Source of the DNA: Escherichia phage vB_EcoM_DalCa | Sequence record: NC_054908.1 | Direction: 5' to 3' (one strand) | DNA length: 64,000 nucleotides | In this document: in pieces, positions 59,050 to 64,000 of the stretch | How the letters are laid out: every line of letters starts with the position of its first letter | Position numbering within the stretch: position 1 is the first letter of the stretch | Notes under the pieces: generated by a model | Databases searched by the model: none | What the model was told of the DNA's origin: nothing | Seen by the model: only the letters and a program-made list of their open reading frames with translations | Program-made: the position numbers and the translations under genes

Positions 59050-59587
59050 TTACTATTTCCAAAAGTTTATTATTTTTAAGGTAATTAGCCTTTTCTAGGA
59101 CTTCAGAAGCATATTTAGAACCTGCTTTAACATTCCATCCCGAATTATAAGATGATATTGCTTTTCTTATATCACCCTTATGTATATTTAACCAATAAGA
59201 AAGTTCAATGTACGCCCAGGAAGCTGAATTGGACCGTTTATTCAACATTCTTTTTATTTCAGCATCGGTCATATTATAACCAAGTTCCTTGACTCTCGCT
59301 CGCATAGTAGGCAAATAATTTTGGAACATTCCATAGGCATGATGCTTTGGTTTAGATTTTAAATTAACTCCGGCAGAGCTTTCTTGCCACAAAATAGCAG
59401 CCATTATATGACCCAATCCGCTCTTATGGATGTTTTTGTGTGTTTTATATTTTCCATCCTTAGAAAATTGTTCCCCGAATTGATACGCGTAACGCATGTT
59501 ATCGAGTTGGACATTACTGAAAGTATGCTCGGAGCTATGTGCCATCATTGAAATGGCCAATAGACCAGCGAGTAGTGCTTTTCTCAT
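59042..59587 (-). CDS. secreted SLT-domain lytic transglycosylase-like protein
   Basis: 181 aa; signal peptide; SLT-like motifs WQESS, GMFQ, SYNSGW. Confidence 0.55.
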   Translation of the reverse strand: MRKALLAGLLAISMMAHSSEHTFSNVQLDNMRYAYQFGEQFSKDGKYKTHKNIHKSGLGHIMAAILWQESSAGVNLKSKPKHHAYGMFQNYLPTMRARVKELGYNMTDAEIKRMLNKRSNSASWAYIELSYWLNIHKGDIRKAISSYNSGWNVKAGSKYASEVLEKANYLKNNKLLEIVND

Positions 59588-59594
59588 GCTTACC

Positions 59595-60056
59595 TCATTG
59601 AGTTTTAATTACTGCTTTAGAAGCCTTTCCTGGTAAACGACGACTGTTGATAATTGCCATCCTACATTGAAGTGACGGGTCTTTGAACTTCGCGTTAGGT
59701 TTACAAACTGTAAATCCAAGCCAAAGATTTCCATCTGTGATTTCTAAACGTCCAGGACGATATTCAACCCCATCAATAAAATCCTCGTCAATGTCAGGAC
59801 GCGGAGGCATACTCAGGAATTCATTAACTTCTAAAACATGGTCTTTTATTTTATGGAATAATTCAAAAACATATGTCTCATCAATCTCCCGTTGAATTGC
59901 ACGATCAAGAAGATGTTGAGAATATTTTAGATGAAACGATGAGACTCCTGCTGCTTTTGATGCCTCACGAATCTCATTGTTAATTTGACGAAACTCCGAC
60001 TCAAAGTGACGACGAAGCTTATTTCGACGGATAAAAACTTCTGTATTGATAGTCAT
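59595..60056 (-). CDS. regB: RegB endoribonuclease
   Basis: 153 aa as T4 RegB; GAGGAG RBS; early promoter immediately upstream. Confidence 0.8.
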   Translation of the reverse strand: MTINTEVFIRRNKLRRHFESEFRQINNEIREASKAAGVSSFHLKYSQHLLDRAIQREIDETYVFELFHKIKDHVLEVNEFLSMPPRPDIDEDFIDGVEYRPGRLEITDGNLWLGFTVCKPNAKFKDPSLQCRMAIINSRRLPGKASKAVIKTQ

Positions 60057-60083
60057 GTTATTCTCCTCTTAACTGATAGAAAA

Positions 60084-60113
60084 ATTATACCACAGTCAAG
60101 AGGAAAAGTAAAC
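60084..60113 (-). promoter_or_regulatory. T4-type early promoter upstream of regB
   Basis: minus strand GTTTAC, 18 nt, TATAAT. Confidence 0.6.
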
Positions 60114-60115
60114 AG

Positions 60116-60394
60116 TTATTCTTTAAATCTAATCAATTTATTCATAGACTTTGAAACTTCTGCACGAACCTCATGTAGATTTTTGAGCTGTTCAAGACGC
60201 TGCTCATAGTAAGCAATTTCATCTTCTTCGAGACAGTCCTGTGAATCTTCTTTAAGATAACGTGCATAGTCCTGGAAAGCGTTACGAACTACTTCCTGGA
60301 AGTCATCAAGACTTTGAATTTTCTTAGGAGCAACAGATACACGACGAGGGGCAGTATAATACTCATAACCAAACCCTGCGCTTAATTGAGCCAT
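60116..60394 (-). CDS. hypothetical protein
   Basis: ORF-track ORF to 60436; internal Met start avoids overlap. Confidence 0.45.
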   Translation of the reverse strand: MAQLSAGFGYEYYTAPRRVSVAPKKIQSLDDFQEVVRNAFQDYARYLKEDSQDCLEEDEIAYYEQRLEQLKNLHEVRAEVSKSMNKLIRFKE

Positions 60395-60660
60395 TAGTAT
60401 TTTTCCTCTAGTTGGAACACAGCACGACAAGCCCACATACTGGCTTCTTTGAGTTTCATTTTAGCAATAGTTAACTGATCGAGGCTTTCGGCGTAATTCT
60501 TCGCGAGTTCATCATCTTCACAGCTATCAAATGCTTCCCAGAATTCATCATATAAAGCATCAAAGATAAGCCCTAAACGAACTTCAGCATCTTTGATAGC
60601 ATTCACTTTACTGATTTTATCGTCAGTATGTGGTTTATAACCTTTAATGTCTTCAATCAT
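60394..60660 (-). CDS. hypothetical protein
   Basis: 88 aa ORF. Confidence 0.45.
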   Translation of the reverse strand: MIEDIKGYKPHTDDKISKVNAIKDAEVRLGLIFDALYDEFWEAFDSCEDDELAKNYAESLDQLTIAKMKLKEASMWACRAVFQLEEKY

Positions 60661-60874
60661 ATTTTACTTCCTCACCTGTTCCCAAATCATATTCAACTAA
60701 ACGAATAGGTTCATGAATGCCATATCCTTGAACAGAAATTTCTGTCGTAGGATAAATTCCATTAATATCACCCATGTTCCATGCTTCGTTAAATTGCTGT
60801 TCGCCTGAATTACTAAACCACTCGGCGAAAGCATTTAGCACATCTTCAGAACCTTCAATAATTATCTTTGCCAT
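60653..60874 (-). CDS. hypothetical protein
   Basis: 73 aa ORF. Confidence 0.45.
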   Translation of the reverse strand: MAKIIIEGSEDVLNAFAEWFSNSGEQQFNEAWNMGDINGIYPTTEISVQGYGIHEPIRLVEYDLGTGEEVKYD

Positions 60875-61236
60875 TACAAACTCTCGGTGAAGGTACGAGC
60901 GATAACGTCGCGCTGCTGTTCCGGAGTCAGAGAGTTAAAGCGAACTGCATAACCGGATACACGGATGGTCAGCTGCGGATATTTTTCCGGATGCTTAACT
61001 GCATCTTCCAGAGTTTCACGACGCAGAACGTTAACGTTCAGGTGTTGACCACCTTCAATTTTAACTGTAGGCTGTTGCTCAATTTCAATTTCACGGGCAT
61101 GCAAACCATAGAAAATTTCTGGGTCTACAAAAGAGTCCTCTTTAAAGGTTTTAGAGACAATAATTCGTGCTTGAATACCATCTTCAAAATAAATAGTACC
61201 TTTATGTGTGCCTTCAAGAATTTGATATGCTTTCAT
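60874..61236 (-). CDS. autonomous glycyl radical cofactor (GrcA/YfiD-like; T4 Y06I-type)
   Basis: 120 aa; C-terminal glycyl radical motif [29 protein letters not shown]; 3' half visibly GC-richer than surroundings. Confidence 0.8.
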   Translation of the reverse strand: MKAYQILEGTHKGTIYFEDGIQARIIVSKTFKEDSFVDPEIFYGLHAREIEIEQQPTVKIEGGQHLNVNVLRRETLEDAVKHPEKYPQLTIRVSGYAVRFNSLTPEQQRDVIARTFTESL

Positions 61237-61242
61237 ATAACC

Positions 61243-61569
61243 TCAATTAGAAAATAAATTTATCCAAGATTGTTCTTTAATTAAAAATGGCTCAGAATCA
61301 TATGCCATTAAACTCTGTGTGATTAGTCCTTTAAAAGGCCCATCAATAAATTCCATGGTAAAATATGGAATTTTATTCATTAGCCGTGCATTAGGAGCCG
61401 TGCACAAAACTCTGCATCCTTTGAATACGCCTTTTTGTAATTTGTATTGCTTGGGATAAAATTCGCTCAAAATGTTATTTTTTGCCAAAATTTCAAAATG
61501 ATTCACCAATTTATTTTTAATAGTTTTTGGCGAAAAATAAAGATATTCGAAAAGCTGAGTGTCTGTCAT
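61243..61569 (-). CDS. hypothetical protein
   Basis: ORF-track ORF to 61623; probable internal Met start. Confidence 0.45.
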   Translation of the reverse strand: MTDTQLFEYLYFSPKTIKNKLVNHFEILAKNNILSEFYPKQYKLQKGVFKGCRVLCTAPNARLMNKIPYFTMEFIDGPFKGLITQSLMAYDSEPFLIKEQSWINLFSN

Positions 61570-62108
61570 CATTGCATTCCGATTACGAAAAACTGTGGAC
61601 GAGTAATACCACCAATGCAACATTTAATATTACAGCAGCAGTGTACAGTGTCAATATGGACACTATAAATCTTATCCATATCAGGAGATTTGACAGGCTC
61701 ATCAATTATATACAAAATTCGCGAAAGCGATAAACCTCTGAACTTGCTTCCTTTATTACCAATAAAACTGCGCACAGAATCAGTAAATAAACGAAAACGT
61801 ATATCATCATTAGAATAACGCGAAAATTCCTTTTTAATATTATCTGCGGAAATTTTAGCGTAAGCTGAAGTATTAGAAAGAACAATAACTGTTCCACCGT
61901 CATACAACCAATTAGCGGCAAAATTAGTTACTGCAGTTGATTTACCAGATTGACGCCCACCATCTAGTCGAAGTGTACAATACTGTTTAAGTAAGTCTTC
62001 AAATGGCGGGATATATTCGTTTTTACAAATTTCTTCTACTCTAGCATCAGAATGGTGTGTAAAAGCATTCATCAGGGATAGATAAGGACCAGTTAAAAAT
62101 GTTCTCAT
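61569..62108 (-). CDS. P-loop protein of unknown function
   Basis: ORF-track ORF to 62156; start at Met MRTFLTG; Walker A-like GGRQSGKST. Confidence 0.5.
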   Translation of the reverse strand: MRTFLTGPYLSLMNAFTHHSDARVEEICKNEYIPPFEDLLKQYCTLRLDGGRQSGKSTAVTNFAANWLYDGGTVIVLSNTSAYAKISADNIKKEFSRYSNDDIRFRLFTDSVRSFIGNKGSKFRGLSLSRILYIIDEPVKSPDMDKIYSVHIDTVHCCCNIKCCIGGITRPQFFVIGMQ

Positions 62109-62253
62109 TTTGTTCTCTCTAGGTTTGGGCCATTCCATGGCGCATGAATTGTCCATTTCTGTATTTACCCATTACCGCACTTGGGCTCGACCTTATTACA
62201 GGTTGGCGGGAATCCCTCACAGAATCATGAGGTCCAGGTTATTCCCATGTTAT

Positions 62254-62670
62254 TTAAATGTAAATATTTTTGCCGTAATACTTATACCAGTGTGGCTTCA
62301 TTAAAATTTTTTCATCGAGTCGTTGTTGACTCAACTTAATAGCTGATTTGCATGGATTATAATCATTTTTCCATTCTACTGGAATATCGCTGATGTCAGG
62401 AACTTCAGTATCTTTTATACTGAACCCGCGTTTTAAGCATTCCGTTATAATGTCCGATTGACGCTTTCGCAAAAATTCTAACTTATCGTAAAAGAAAGTA
62501 ACATGACCAGAACCTAAAATAAATTTAGAAGATATTTTAAAATCTTTAACGCGCTTACCGTTTGCCACATGCTTACGAACTATACCAAAAACACGCGGCA
62601 ATTCACGGTATTCTGCGATTAAATGTTGATCAGCAAGTTCAGATACTAAAGTCAAATTAATACGAGTCAT
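62254..62670 (-). CDS. denV: endonuclease V (pyrimidine dimer DNA glycosylase)
   Basis: 138 aa; near-identical to remembered T4 DenV ([17 protein letters not shown]...WYKYYGK). Confidence 0.92.
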   Translation of the reverse strand: MTRINLTLVSELADQHLIAEYRELPRVFGIVRKHVANGKRVKDFKISSKFILGSGHVTFFYDKLEFLRKRQSDIITECLKRGFSIKDTEVPDISDIPVEWKNDYNPCKSAIKLSQQRLDEKILMKPHWYKYYGKNIYI

Positions 62671-62694
62671 TTTATCCCTCCAAGTAACTGTGAA

Positions 62695-62725
62695 TATACT
62701 ATCACAATTCTAGGAGAAAGTAAAC
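62695..62725 (-). promoter_or_regulatory. T4-type early promoter upstream of denV
   Basis: minus strand GTTTAC then TAGTATATT. Confidence 0.5.
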
Positions 62726-62729
62726 AACT

Positions 62730-63260
<531 letters not shown>

Positions 63261-63716
63261 TTAAAAGAGGCTGTTCATTATTCGGTAAAGTGAAGGACCC
63301 ATCACATATTGCCACTGAGTACGAGGAATAAGAGCAAAAGCATCCATCTCTGGAATCATAACGCCATCTTTATTTTCAAAATAAGACTCGCAATGGCAAT
63401 TTCTAAACATCTCATGCTCTACTGGAATCGTATAATAAAATAACTGTAAGTCTTTATTACTAGAATATTTAAATACACCTAAGTCTTCTAGAAGGTCTGG
63501 ATTATAATCGATAAAACCAGTCTCTTCTGAGCATTCTCTTTTTGCAGCTTCCAGTGCATTCAAATCAGAACTTTCTACGCGGCCCTTTGGAATATCCCAG
63601 CGATGTGCCATCATTCCAGGCTTACGAGAACCAGTAACCCGACCCATAAATAAATCTTTATCTTCTGTCATAAAGATAATACCAGCTGATAGTGTTTTCA
63701 TTTTAATTTCCTGCAT
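63261..63716 (-). CDS. nudE: Nudix hydrolase NudE
   Basis: 151 aa as T4 NudE; Nudix box GRVESSDLNALEAAKRECSEETG. Confidence 0.8.
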   Translation of the reverse strand: MQEIKMKTLSAGIIFMTEDKDLFMGRVTGSRKPGMMAHRWDIPKGRVESSDLNALEAAKRECSEETGFIDYNPDLLEDLGVFKYSSNKDLQLFYYTIPVEHEMFRNCHCESYFENKDGVMIPEMDAFALIPRTQWQYVMGPSLYRIMNSLF

Positions 63717-64000
63717 TCAGTGATAAAGTTATTTAAATTTTGAGTATATTTCTTTTCATCAAAAATCTTTTGTTGTCTGCGTAAACGCCATGGCATTTCA
63801 ATGAACATACGCCATATTCCTGATAATACTGCTGCTGTAAAAATATTAACAAGTATAGTTAAAAGAACCCAATCTCCTATTCTGTCCATTGGATTTTTTA
63901 TAAAAAAGTAAAATACGAACGATGATATAGGAAGACTAATGATATACCACAGAAGAACCTTCTTATCTGTGAACCAATCAGCATTCGTTAACTTAGCGCG
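63698..64000 (-). CDS. membrane protein, possibly 5'-truncated at window edge
   Basis: ORF-track ORF 63698..63889 (63 aa); frame stays open upstream to position 64000. Confidence 0.4.
   Translation of the reverse strand, partial: RAKLTNADWFTDKKVLLWYIISLPISSFVFYFFIKNPMDRIGDWVLLTILVNIFTAAVLSGIWRMFIEMPWRLRRQQKIFDEKKYTQNLNNFITECRKLK

Overview
This window is the left ~64 kb of a T4-like (Tevenvirinae) coliphage genome, starting at the rIIA stop codon (positions 1-3) and running through the early/middle gene block to lysozyme e and nudE. Almost every gene is on the minus strand and tightly packed, often with ATGA or TAATG stop/start overlaps. Recognisable genes in order: rIIA, an unsplit topoisomerase gene 39, dexA, dda, modA/modB, soc, 56, 61, sp, dmd, 41, 40, uvsX, a glycosyltransferase, a GIY-YIG homing endonuclease, 42, imm, 43, regA, 62, 44, 45, rpbA, 46, 47, alpha-gt, 55, nrdH-like, nrdG, nrdD, 49, nrdC, a long block of uncharacterised ORFs, rI, tk, regB, a GrcA-like gene, denV, e and nudE. 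Minus-strand T4-type early promoters (GTTTAC, 18 nt, TATAAT-like) and GC-rich UUCG-tetraloop hairpins punctuate the map. Differences from T4 as I recall it: gene 39 is not split by gene 60/mobA, a GT-A-type glycosyltransferase sits where beta-gt lies, a homing endonuclease is inserted before gene 42, no dam ORF is present, nrdD is intronless, and denV abuts e with no ipII/ipIII; this fits a T2/T6-type relative. The best candidates for undescribed biology are the uncharacterised ATPase / nucleotidyltransferase / membrane-protein module at 50.8-53.9 kb and the tandem coiled-coil-tailed gene array at 45.4-49.4 kb; neither is established as a new system. All identifications rest on reading the ORF translations and on remembered T4 proteins, motifs, sizes and gene order; no database search was run, and small-ORF starts are uncertain. 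No rRNA, tRNA or CRISPR array was seen.
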